Part shown: in pieces, positions 19,846 through 31,825 of the stretch
Layout of the letters: each line of letters opens with the position of its first letter
Numbering within the stretch: position 1 is the stretch's first letter
Source: Alphaproteobacteria bacterium
Lineage (GTDB): Bacteria > Pseudomonadota > Alphaproteobacteria > UBA828
Reading direction: 5' to 3'
DNA: 64,000 nucleotides
Assembly (NCBI GenBank): GCA_965214705.1
Contig: OZ243972.1
Coordinates: 864,001-928,000, forward strand
The notes under the pieces: generated by a model
What the model saw: the letters and a program-made list of their open reading frames with translations, nothing else
Database searches by the model: none
Told to the model about the DNA's origin: nothing
Made by a program: the position numbers and the translations under genes

Positions 19846-20094
19846 AGCCTTCCTCTGCCCGACCCGGCTTGCGCCCACCTCGCGAACGGAGATATCACCC
19901 ACATACTTTCAATCGGCCTTCCCCTTGAAATACGCCCTTTCCCCGAGCGGCATGGCTGAGGTTGTTCTTGTTGGCCCGCCGGCACTTCGTCGCCGGGGTG
20001 GGCAACCGCGTCGCACCTTGACGCCATCCGCTCCGTCCCTCCACCGGCGCGCTCTGGCCTGATTGCCGTCGGCCATGCCACAGTCGAAGCCGTC

Positions 20095-22011
<1,917 letters not shown>

Positions 22012-22894
22012 GCGCCCTCACGCCCCGTACCGCGCCGTGTCCGTGCCGCGACAACGCCAGGGCGACGAGGCACGCATCCAACCGCCAACCCGGCTGCTAC
22101 AACGTCACCCTGCCTTGGTGACGAAATCACCGAATAAGCGCACTTCTCGGCAGCCATCGACACCACTTGACGGCTCCCGCCGCGCCCAACCCTGGCCGGG
22201 CTCAGTGAAAATCGCGGCTGCGGAACAGCTTCTTCGCCTGCTCGCGCGGATGCCGCGCACCGGCGGCGTTGCGGACGGAGGTGCGTTGCGGCGCGACCGC
22301 AGCGGCCTCCTGCGCCGGCGTCCGGCCTTGTTCTCCGCCTCGGGCGGCGGCCGGTCGTGCGACATCGCCGGCGCCCGGACGGGCAGGATCCATGCCGGCG
22401 CCGTTCCGTCGTGAATCCCCGAGGGAGTCGAGCAGAACGGACAGGTCCTCGATTCTCGACGAGATCACGTGGGCGACGATACCCTCGCGCTGCAGCCTGC
22501 CGCGGATGCGCAGCAGCCGGCCGGCCATGACCTCCTTGCGGTGCTTCTCGAACGTCTTCGGCCAGACGACGATGTTGGCGACGCCGGTATGGTCTTCCAG
22601 CGTGATGAAGATCACGCCGCTTGCGGTGCCGGGACGCTGCCGCGTGATGACGAGGCCGGCAACGGTCATCCATCGGCCGTCCGGCGCATCGCGGATATCG
22701 GCGGCGCAGACGAACGGGCCAAGAGACGGCGCGAGCAACGAAACCGGATGCTCTCGCAGCGTCAGCCGCGTCGCGACATAGTCCTCGAAAACCTCTTCGC
22801 GCTCGGACATGGCCGGCAAGCGGGCGGGGACATCGGGCAGGCCCTCGCCGGTTTGCTCGAACAGCGGCAGCGGACGTTCGCCGCCGAGCCCCTT

Positions 22895-25054
22895 CCCAAG
22901 TTGGCACTTTTCCGCTGCCTGTGTTCCCTATTGGTTTGATTCAACGCGATATTTTTCTCGGTCGATTCCAACATGGCCCCACATTTTGTGAGATTCTGTC
23001 AGCTCATCAGACGGGTCCTCGTGCGGTGGATGGCGGGGTCCACGCCCGCCGCCGAGGAGATTGCGGCAACCTCGGCGGCCGGGCGCGTGTCCTGGCGGTT
23101 GACGATCAAGGTGCCGTCGGTCTGGCGCAGGCGCGTGGTGATCCGCACCCAGGTCCGCATGCTCTCGCGGATCGACGCCCAGCACTTGTGGATGCCGCGC
23201 GCGGCCAGCCGGGTACGGATCAGATGCACGGCGTGGTAGGCCAGCACGGCGATCAGCAGGTGGGCCGCGATGCGCCGGTCGAGCTGGTGCCAGATCGGGC
23301 GAAGGCCGAGCTCGGATTTCAGGCTCCGGAATGTCGCCTCGATATCCGTGATCCGCCAGTACGTCCGCAGGACCGTCTCGATGTCCCAGTCGACGTGGCT
23401 GGTGCGCAGCACATAGGCACCGGCGCCCTCATCGGCCTCGTCGTATCGCGGCCTGCGCTTGAAGCGCACGGCGGTGGCATTGGGGCCGGTTTTCGCCCTC
23501 TCGACCGTGATCTCGTAGTGCCTGGCGACGGCGGAGAAGCGCTGCTTGAGGCGGCCTATGCTCTCCAGCACCTTGTCGTAGCGCTTGAGGCGGCCCTTGA
23601 CCGCAAGGCCGCCGTGGAGCCTTTCCAGCGCCGCCTCGAAGCGGTTCCGCCTCAGGCCGATGATCGCGTTCTCGGCCTTCTTCTTGCCCTCGCTGACGAC
23701 GTAGAGCCGCGCCTCGCCGTCCTCGCTGGCAAGCCGCCAGGCCCGCACCTCGTGGCGCGCGCTGGTGATCAGCAGGGCCTCGGGTCCGCCCTCGGGCGGC
23801 GCAGGCCTGGCACCGCGGCTGACCGCGATCCAGTCGTAGCCCTGCTCGCCCAGCCAGACGATGTTCTCCTCGGTGGCGATGCCCGCGTCCATGACCACCG
23901 TGGGCTTCGGCGCCGTGCCGCCGCACACCGCCTCGAGCCGCGCCAGCGCCTCGTGCAGCGTGCCCGGCTCGCTCACGTTGCCCGGCAGGATCTCGCAACT
24001 GCGCGGGAAGCCCGCGCCGTCGAGCGCCAGCGCCAGCGTGATGAGGGGACAGTCGTCGCGCTTCTGCTTGGAGCGCCCGAACCTGGGAAGCTCGCCGCCC
24101 GTGTGGCCGTGGTAGTGGACGTTGGTGAGATCGTAGAAGGCGATCGTCTCGGGCAGGTCGAGCAGTGCGCGCTCACGGTTGAACAGCTCCCGCTGGATGG
24201 CGGCGCGGTGGCGCCAGAGCAGGTCGCCGATGCGGTAGAGCGTCTTGCGCCGCAGCGCCTTGCGGTCGCCCTCCAGGCCCAGGAGCTCGGCGGCCGCGCT
24301 GTCGTGGCGGAGCCAGCGGCTGGTATCACGCTCGCTGGCGGGATGGACCATCCTGGCGACGATCAGCGCGCTGGCGATGCGCCCGTCGCGGCCCTTGATG
24401 TCGAGGCCGTGGAGGATTTCGGCGAAGCCGAGGGCGTCGAGGGCCTTGAGGCACAGGCGCTCGCAGCCGACCGTGCGCGGGTTCTCGTGCTCCAGGGTAT
24501 CGAGGTCGACGGTGGCGATGTCGGGCTTGCGCGCCTCTTCCTGCATCGCCTCGACGCGGAACCCCCTGGCCCTGAGCTTGGCGACGATGTCCTCGGCTGC
24601 GGCCCGCACATCCGCCTCGCCCTCGAACAGCGGCGGCTTGCCGTGAAGCAGCGCCTCGGCGAGTTCGGTGACGGCCTTCCACTTCTCGCGCGGCACCGGA
24701 TAGTCGGTGCCGAGATTGAGCAGCGTCCTGTGGCGCACCTTGTCGCCGACGCGCTGGGCGAGCACGAGGCGATGGCTTCGGACCGGCTGGCCGGCCTTGT
24801 CGGTGTGTGTCCTGGTTGCCTTGATGTACATGGCGGCGCCGTTTCTGCGATGCCTGTTTCGCATACACGGCGTTCGCGGCATCTGGCAAGAGGGATATCG
24901 ACTCAACTCCAAAGTCCTGGCCCCACAATTGGCTTCCAGGACCACGAATGGCAAATGTGGGTCTCAGGTGTCCTCCAACCCCAACATCTAGTGGTTCAGC
25001 GCCGCAAAACTGGCTCGAACAGGCTCGGCTGGTCGGAAAAAGTGCCAACTTGGG
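22895..25054 (-). mobile_element. IS1634-family element A (2160 bp)
   Basis: IRs CCCAAGTTGGCACTTTT; TSD CCTT at 22891-22894 and 25055-25058. Confidence 0.92.
22999..24831 (-). CDS. IS1634-family transposase
   Basis: MYIK..., TLLNLG, FYDLTN, FGRSKQKR.D, VVMDAGI, IEATFRSLKSELGLRPIWH. Confidence 0.92.
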   Translation of the reverse strand: MYIKATRTHTDKAGQPVRSHRLVLAQRVGDKVRHRTLLNLGTDYPVPREKWKAVTELAEALLHGKPPLFEGEADVRAAAEDIVAKLRARGFRVEAMQEEARKPDIATVDLDTLEHENPRTVGCERLCLKALDALGFAEILHGLDIKGRDGRIASALIVARMVHPASERDTSRWLRHDSAAAELLGLEGDRKALRRKTLYRIGDLLWRHRAAIQRELFNRERALLDLPETIAFYDLTNVHYHGHTGGELPRFGRSKQKRDDCPLITLALALDGAGFPRSCEILPGNVSEPGTLHEALARLEAVCGGTAPKPTVVMDAGIATEENIVWLGEQGYDWIAVSRGARPAPPEGGPEALLITSARHEVRAWRLASEDGEARLYVVSEGKKKAENAIIGLRRNRFEAALERLHGGLAVKGRLKRYDKVLESIGRLKQRFSAVARHYEITVERAKTGPNATAVRFKRRPRYDEADEGAGAYVLRTSHVDWDIETVLRTYWRITDIEATFRSLKSELGLRPIWHQLDRRIAAHLLIAVLAYHAVHLIRTRLAARGIHKCWASIRESMRTWVRITTRLRQTDGTLIVNRQDTRPAAEVAAISSAAGVDPAIHRTRTRLMS

Positions 25055-26023
25055 CCTTGACCGCCCAGAGCGCGTCCCTGCGGTCGAGCCCGTGTCCGGC
25101 GAAGGCGTCCGCCTCGGCGAGCCTGGCAAGGGCGGCGCGGTCGAGCCCCGCGCGCCGCCAGACCGCATCGATCTCCCGGTATCCGTTGCCGCGCGCGGCG
25201 GCGAGCCAGAGCCCGTCCTCCTCCCTGAAGCCCTTGATCTGACGGAACCCCAGGCGGACCGCCAAAGTTCCGTCTCCCGCGAGCTCCAGGACATTGTCCC
25301 AGTAGCTGCGCTCGACGCAGACAGGACGGACATCCACGCCGTGCTCGCGGGCGTCGCGGACGATCTGGGCCGGCGCGTAGAAGCCCATCGGCTGGGCGTT
25401 CAAGAGCGCGCAGGCGAAGACTTCCGGGTGATGCCGCTTGAGCCAGGCCGACGCGTAGACGAGCAGCGCGAAGCTCGCCGAGTGGCTTTCCGGGAAGCCG
25501 TATCCGGAGAAGCCCTCGAGCTGGCGGAAACAACTTTCGGCGAAGTCCCGGCCGTATCCGTTGTCGAGGCAGCCCTGAACGAACCGTTCCCTGAACGTCT
25601 CGACCGTGCCGGGGCCGCGGAAGCTGCCAAGAGCCCGGCGGAGCCGGTCCGCATCCGAGGCCGAGAAACCGGCCGCCACGACGGCGATCTGCATGGCCTG
25701 TTCCTGGAACAGGGGGACGCCGAGAGTCTTGCCCAGCACCGCTTCGAGGTCGGGCGATGGATACACAACCTCTTCCTCGCCGCGCCGGCGCCGGATGTAG
25801 GGATGCACCATGTCGCCCTGGATCGGGCCCGGCCGGACGATCGCGACCTCGATGACAAGGTCGTAGAAGGTGCGCGGGCGCATGCGCGGCAGGAAGCTCA
25901 TCTGGGCACGGGACTCGACCTGGAAAACGCCAACAGTGTCGGCGGCGCAGAGCATGTCGTACACGGCGGGGTCTTCCTGGGGGATCGTCGCCAGCGTGTA
26001 GTCCAGCCCCTTCCATGTCTTGA

Positions 26024-28119
26024 CCCATCTTTGCCACTTTTCGGTCCCGAAGGCCTGATTTTGGGTAGCCTTTGGGATCTAAGGCACTGATTTTGTTGGA
26101 TTGTGTTTTGGGAAGTCCATTGTAGTGCCATAATCTTTGGTCTGTGGGCCGGCGCTCCTTGACAGTCCGCAAACTGTCCGTGACCCTGCCGCCATGTTCA
26201 TTCGCAAAACCCTCACCGGTCGCGGAGACGGTGGCGAGCGCTATGCCACCTACCGCCTCGTGCGCAGCGAACGCATCGGCGGAAGGGTGCGCCAGGTCAC
26301 GCTCCTCAATCTCGGCGCCGACTTCGGTGTGCCCGAGGAGCAATGGCGCGAATTGGCGCTTCTGATCGAAACCCTTCTCGCCGGCAGCGAGCCGCTGCTG
26401 GAGCCGGATGCCGCCTTGCGCCCCGTCGCCGAGGACGTCGTACGGCGGCTTCACGCCCGCGATCTCGGCGCGTCGCGGCCCGGGGACGAGAGCGACCTGG
26501 CCACGGTCCGTCTCGATAGCCTCTCCCACGAACAGGTCCGCTCGGTGGGCTGCGAGCGCCTGGCTCTCGCCGCGCTTGACGACCTTCGCTTCATCGAGAC
26601 GCTGGAGAGGCTGGGCGCAAGTGAGCGCGACGCACGCATCGCGGCGGCACTGGTGGTCGCGCGCATGATCCATCCCTCCAGCGAGCGCGAGGCCTTCCGC
26701 TGGCTGAGCGCGAACAGCGCGACCCTGGAGTTGCTCGATGTCGACAGCGGCAAGTCGCTCACGCTCAGCAAGCTCTACCGCATCGGCGACCTCTTGTGGC
26801 GTCACCGCGCGGCGCTTGAAGAGGCGCTGTGCGCCCGGGAGCGCGATCTCTTCGGCATCCCCGACACCATCGTCTTCTTCGACCTGACCAACACCCATAT
26901 GACCGGACGGCCCAGCTCCGCGCTGGCCCGCTTCGGGCGCTCGAAGCAGAGGCGTGACGATTGTCCGATCGTGACCCTGGCCCTGTCGCTGAACCAGGCC
27001 GGCTTTCCGCAGCACAGCGAGATCCTGCCCGGCAACATCTCCGAGCCGGCCACTCTCGCCGACGCCATCGGGCGGCTGGAATGCCAAGCGCGCGGCAGCA
27101 ACGCCCCCAGGCCCACGGTCATCATGGACGCCGGCATCTCCACCGAGGCCAACCTCGCCTGGCTGCGGGCGGGCGGCTATCACTGGATCACCGTTCGCCG
27201 CGGCGTCTCGGCGCCGCCCGGGCGCGAAGCCGATGCCGCCTTCGAAACCCGGGCCGGCCACGATGCCCGCGCCTGGCGTCTCGCGGCAGGGGACGACGAA
27301 GCGCACCTGTGCGTCTGGAGCCATGAGCGCCAGCAGAAGGACGAGGCCGTGCTCGCCCGTCAGCGTCACAACTTCGAGGACGCCCTGCGCGCCCTGCATG
27401 GCGGGCTGTCGAAGAAGAACCACATCAAGCAGTTCACCAAGGTGATGGAGAAGCTGGGCCGGCTGAAGGAAAGGTACAGGCGCGTCCACCGTCAGTACGA
27501 CATCGAGGTCGAGCCCGGAGAGAAGGGGCGGGCCAGTGCGGTCCGCTGGAGGCGCAACGCTCTCCATGCCGAGCGCGACCGCCAAGCGGGCATCTATGTG
27601 CTGCGCACCAGCCACGTCGAGTGGGATCTTGAAACCGTGGTCCGAACCTACTGGAAGCTCACAGAGCTCGAGGCCACCTTCCGCAGCCTGAAATCCGAAA
27701 TCGGCCTGCGCCCGGTCTGGCACTCCAAGACCTCGCGCATCGCCGCCCACCTGTTCATCGCCGTCCTCGCCTACCACGCGGTTCATCTGCTGCGAACCCG
27801 TCTGGCGGCGCACGGCTTGCATGACCGCTGGAGTACGATCCGCGACAAGCTCGCGGGCTGGGTGCGTCTCACCTCCACCATCCGGGAGGTGGACGGAAAC
27901 CGCATCGTCATCCGCCAGGATGCTCAACCCGACGCCGAGGCGCGCGTCATCGCGCAGGCGGCGGGCCTCACGGTGGATCCCCACAGGCGCCGGGCCGTGC
28001 TCCCGGGAGTGTCGCGATGAGCGCACAAACGTAGTGCCATAATCCCAGATGGGCCAGAAAATCAGCCCATCATCGCAACTACTTAGGTCGCAGGCGCGCG
28101 CCAAAATGGCAAAGATGGG
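26024..28119 (+). mobile_element. IS1634-family element B, copy 1 (2096 bp)
   Basis: IRs CCCATCTTTGCCA; TSD TTGA at 26020-26023 and 28120-28123. Confidence 0.93.
26194..28020 (+). CDS. IS1634-family transposase
   Basis: MFIRK...YRLVRSERIGGRVRQVTLLNLG, FFDLTN, VIMDAGI, LEATFRSLKSEIGLRPVWH. Confidence 0.93.
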   Translation: MFIRKTLTGRGDGGERYATYRLVRSERIGGRVRQVTLLNLGADFGVPEEQWRELALLIETLLAGSEPLLEPDAALRPVAEDVVRRLHARDLGASRPGDESDLATVRLDSLSHEQVRSVGCERLALAALDDLRFIETLERLGASERDARIAAALVVARMIHPSSEREAFRWLSANSATLELLDVDSGKSLTLSKLYRIGDLLWRHRAALEEALCARERDLFGIPDTIVFFDLTNTHMTGRPSSALARFGRSKQRRDDCPIVTLALSLNQAGFPQHSEILPGNISEPATLADAIGRLECQARGSNAPRPTVIMDAGISTEANLAWLRAGGYHWITVRRGVSAPPGREADAAFETRAGHDARAWRLAAGDDEAHLCVWSHERQQKDEAVLARQRHNFEDALRALHGGLSKKNHIKQFTKVMEKLGRLKERYRRVHRQYDIEVEPGEKGRASAVRWRRNALHAERDRQAGIYVLRTSHVEWDLETVVRTYWKLTELEATFRSLKSEIGLRPVWHSKTSRIAAHLFIAVLAYHAVHLLRTRLAAHGLHDRWSTIRDKLAGWVRLTSTIREVDGNRIVIRQDAQPDAEARVIAQAAGLTVDPHRRRAVLPGVSR

Positions 28120-28183
28120 TTGAGAAGATCGAAGGCCTTTCGGATGCAGGTGAGCATGCCGAGCGCAAGCACGTCGATCTTGA

Positions 28184-30279
28184 CCCATCTTTGCCACTTT
28201 TCGGTCCCGAAGGCCTGATTTTGGGTAGCCTTTGGGATCTAAGGCACTGATTTTGTTGGATTGTGTTTTGGGAAGTCCATTGTAGTGCCATAATCTTTGG
28301 TCTGTGGGCCGGCGCTCCTTGACAGTCCGCAAACTGTCCGTGACCCTGCCGCCATGTTCATTCGCAAAACCCTCACCGGTCGCGGAGACGGTGGCGAGCG
28401 CTATGCCACCTACCGCCTCGTGCGCAGCGAACGCATCGGCGGAAGGGTGCGCCAGGTCACGCTCCTCAATCTCGGCGCCGACTTCGGTGTGCCCGAGGAG
28501 CAATGGCGCGAATTGGCGCTTCTGATCGAAACCCTTCTCGCCGGCAGCGAGCCGCTGCTGGAGCCGGATGCCGCCTTGCGCCCCGTCGCCGAGGACGTCG
28601 TACGGCGGCTTCACGCCCGCGATCTCGGCGCGTCGCGGCCCGGGGACGAGAGCGACCTGGCCACGGTCCGTCTCGATAGCCTCTCCCACGAACAGGTCCG
28701 CTCGGTGGGCTGCGAGCGCCTGGCTCTCGCCGCGCTTGACGACCTTCGCTTCATCGAGACGCTGGAGAGGCTGGGCGCAAGTGAGCGCGACGCACGCATC
28801 GCGGCGGCACTGGTGGTCGCGCGCATGATCCATCCCTCCAGCGAGCGCGAGGCCTTCCGCTGGCTGAGCGCGAACAGCGCGACCCTGGAGTTGCTCGATG
28901 TCGACAGCGGCAAGTCGCTCACGCTCAGCAAGCTCTACCGCATCGGCGACCTCTTGTGGCGTCACCGCGCGGCGCTTGAAGAGGCGCTGTGCGCCCGGGA
29001 GCGCGATCTCTTCGGCATCCCCGACACCATCGTCTTCTTCGACCTGACCAACACCCATATGACCGGACGGCCCAGCTCCGCGCTGGCCCGCTTCGGGCGC
29101 TCGAAGCAGAGGCGTGACGATTGTCCGATCGTGACCCTGGCCCTGTCGCTGAACCAGGCCGGCTTTCCGCAGCACAGCGAGATCCTGCCCGGCAACATCT
29201 CCGAGCCGGCCACTCTCGCCGACGCCATCGGGCGGCTGGAATGCCAAGCGCGCGGCAGCAACGCCCCCAGGCCCACGGTCATCATGGACGCCGGCATCTC
29301 CACCGAGGCCAACCTCGCCTGGCTGCGGGCGGGCGGCTATCACTGGATCACCGTTCGCCGCGGCGTCTCGGCGCCGCCCGGGCGCGAAGCCGATGCCGCC
29401 TTCGAAACCCGGGCCGGCCACGATGCCCGCGCCTGGCGTCTCGCGGCAGGGGACGACGAAGCGCACCTGTGCGTCTGGAGCCATGAGCGCCAGCAGAAGG
29501 ACGAGGCCGTGCTCGCCCGTCAGCGTCACAACTTCGAGGACGCCCTGCGCGCCCTGCATGGCGGGCTGTCGAAGAAGAACCACATCAAGCAGTTCACCAA
29601 GGTGATGGAGAAGCTGGGCCGGCTGAAGGAAAGGTACAGGCGCGTCCACCGTCAGTACGACATCGAGGTCGAGCCCGGAGAGAAGGGGCGGGCCAGTGCG
29701 GTCCGCTGGAGGCGCAACGCTCTCCATGCCGAGCGCGACCGCCAAGCGGGCATCTATGTGCTGCGCACCAGCCACGTCGAGTGGGATCTTGAAACCGTGG
29801 TCCGAACCTACTGGAAGCTCACAGAGCTCGAGGCCACCTTCCGCAGCCTGAAATCCGAAATCGGCCTGCGCCCGGTCTGGCACTCCAAGACCTCGCGCAT
29901 CGCCGCCCACCTGTTCATCGCCGTCCTCGCCTACCACGCGGTTCATCTGCTGCGAACCCGTCTGGCGGCGCACGGCTTGCATGACCGCTGGAGTACGATC
30001 CGCGACAAGCTCGCGGGCTGGGTGCGTCTCACCTCCACCATCCGGGAGGTGGACGGAAACCGCATCGTCATCCGCCAGGATGCTCAACCCGACGCCGAGG
30101 CGCGCGTCATCGCGCAGGCGGCGGGCCTCACGGTGGATCCCCACAGGCGCCGGGCCGTGCTCCCGGGAGTGTCGCGATGAGCGCACAAACGTAGTGCCAT
30201 AATCCCAGATGGGCCAGAAAATCAGCCCATCATCGCAACTACTTAGGTCGCAGGCGCGCGCCAAAATGGCAAAGATGGG
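28184..30279 (+). mobile_element. IS1634-family element B, copy 2 (appears identical to copy 1)
   Basis: Same sequence at a 2160-bp offset; TSD TTGA at 28180-28183 and 30280-30283. Confidence 0.93.
28354..30180 (+). CDS. IS1634-family transposase
   Basis: Translation identical to 26194..28020. Confidence 0.93.
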   Translation: MFIRKTLTGRGDGGERYATYRLVRSERIGGRVRQVTLLNLGADFGVPEEQWRELALLIETLLAGSEPLLEPDAALRPVAEDVVRRLHARDLGASRPGDESDLATVRLDSLSHEQVRSVGCERLALAALDDLRFIETLERLGASERDARIAAALVVARMIHPSSEREAFRWLSANSATLELLDVDSGKSLTLSKLYRIGDLLWRHRAALEEALCARERDLFGIPDTIVFFDLTNTHMTGRPSSALARFGRSKQRRDDCPIVTLALSLNQAGFPQHSEILPGNISEPATLADAIGRLECQARGSNAPRPTVIMDAGISTEANLAWLRAGGYHWITVRRGVSAPPGREADAAFETRAGHDARAWRLAAGDDEAHLCVWSHERQQKDEAVLARQRHNFEDALRALHGGLSKKNHIKQFTKVMEKLGRLKERYRRVHRQYDIEVEPGEKGRASAVRWRRNALHAERDRQAGIYVLRTSHVEWDLETVVRTYWKLTELEATFRSLKSEIGLRPVWHSKTSRIAAHLFIAVLAYHAVHLLRTRLAAHGLHDRWSTIRDKLAGWVRLTSTIREVDGNRIVIRQDAQPDAEARVIAQAAGLTVDPHRRRAVLPGVSR

Positions 30280-31825
30280 TTGAGTATGCCGAGCGCGTCG
30301 ATGTCGTCCTTGTCCCATTCGATGATCGTCCGCTCTTCCATTGCCGCGTTCTCGACCGGGCAAAGCTCGTCGAGCCGGCCGCGCGTGACGACGAAGCCGC
30401 CGACATGCTGCGAGAGGTGACGCGGAAAGCCGACGATCTCCCGCGCCAGCTCCAGGGCCTGCCTGAGCCGCCGGTCGCCGGCGGCGAGGCCGGCGGCCTT
30501 CGCGCGGTCCTCGTCGATGCCCCGGCTCGAGATGCCCCAGACCTGGCTCGACAGCGCCGCGACCGCGTCCCCGGAAAGCCCCATGGCTTTGCCCACCTCG
30601 CGGATCGCCGCGCGCCACCGGAAATGAATGACCGTCGAGCAGATGCCGGCGCGGTGGCGTCCGTACTTCTCGTAGATGTGCTGAATGACCTCCTCGCGGC
30701 GTTCGTGCTCGAAATCGACGTCGATATCGGGCGGCTCGTTACGAGCCTCGGAGACGAAGCGCTCGAAGACCATCGAGATCGTCTCCGGCGACGCCTCGGT
30801 GACGCCGAGCGCGTAGCAGACGGCCGAGTTCGCCGCCGAGCCGCGGCCCTGGCAGAGAATGCCCCTGGACCGCGCGAAGGCGACGATGTCGCGGACGGTG
30901 AGGAAGTACCGCGCGTAGTCGAGACCGGCGATCATGCCGAGCTCTTTCTCGACGAGGGCGCGGACCTTCAGCGGAACGCCGCCGGGGTAGCGCTCGACAA
31001 GCCCGGCCTCGGTCAACCGCCGCAGGCGATCGTCGGGCTCAAGGCCGTCGGCGACCTCGTCGGGGTACTCGTATTTCAGTTCGTCGAGCGAGAACCCGCA
31101 CTGCCCGGCGATGCGGCACGCGTTCTCGACCGCCTCGCCGTGCGCGTGGAAAAGGCGGCGCATCTCGAATTCGGACTTGAGGCGGCGTTCCGCGTTCGGC
31201 TGCGCCAGGCGGCCGAGCCGGTCGACGGTCGTCTTCTCCCGGATGCAGGAGAGCACGTCGGCAAGCCGCCGCCGGCCGCCCCGGTGCATCAGCGCGTCGC
31301 CGATCGCGGCGGCGGGAACGCCAGCGCGCGCGGCGATCCGGCGGCGCTCCGCGAAGCGGTTCTCGTCCTCGCCGTCGTAGCGCGGCGCCATGCCGAGATG
31401 GACGAAGCCCGGGAACGCGTTGGCGAGCCGCGCGGCAGTCCAGTGGAGGTCCCGGTCGCCGGCGACGACAAGCACGCTGCCCTGCGCCCATTCCAGGACG
31501 TCGTCGAGGCCGAGATCGCAGCGGCCCTTCACGGTGCGGCGCTTGCCGACCGTGAGCAGCCGGCAGAGCCTTCCGTAAGCCGGGCGAGCCGTCGGATAGG
31601 CGAGAATCTCGGCGCCGCATCCGAGCGCCAACCGCGCGCCGACGATGTAGCGGACCCCGAGCTCCTTCGCCGCGGCGTGGCCGCGCACGATCCCGGCAAA
31701 GCTGTTCGTGTCCGTAATGGCGATGCCGGCGAGGCCGAGTTCATGGGCGCGGACGACGTACTCGTCCGGGTGCGAGGCGCCGGTCAGAAACGTGAAGTTG
31801 CTGGTGACGGAAAGCTCGACGTAGC

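Noticed and set aside
26024-30279. Simple tandem duplication or collapsed-repeat artefact
   Set aside because: The 64 bp between the copies is unique dnaE2 sequence with its own TSDs, so these are two distinct insertion sites. An allele-merging artefact remains possible.
22895-30279. IStron or group I/II intron explanation for the dnaE2 interruptions
   Set aside because: The elements have IRs, TSDs, DDE transposases and short non-coding ends with no recognisable ribozyme, and they lie in both orientations relative to dnaE2.
24988-30618. 1876-aa ORF with an internal repeat, considered as a giant protein or an intein-like read-through of dnaE2
   Set aside because: It is the antisense shadow of two IS copies and is out of frame with dnaE2, whose own frame stops at 30243. 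No intein motifs.
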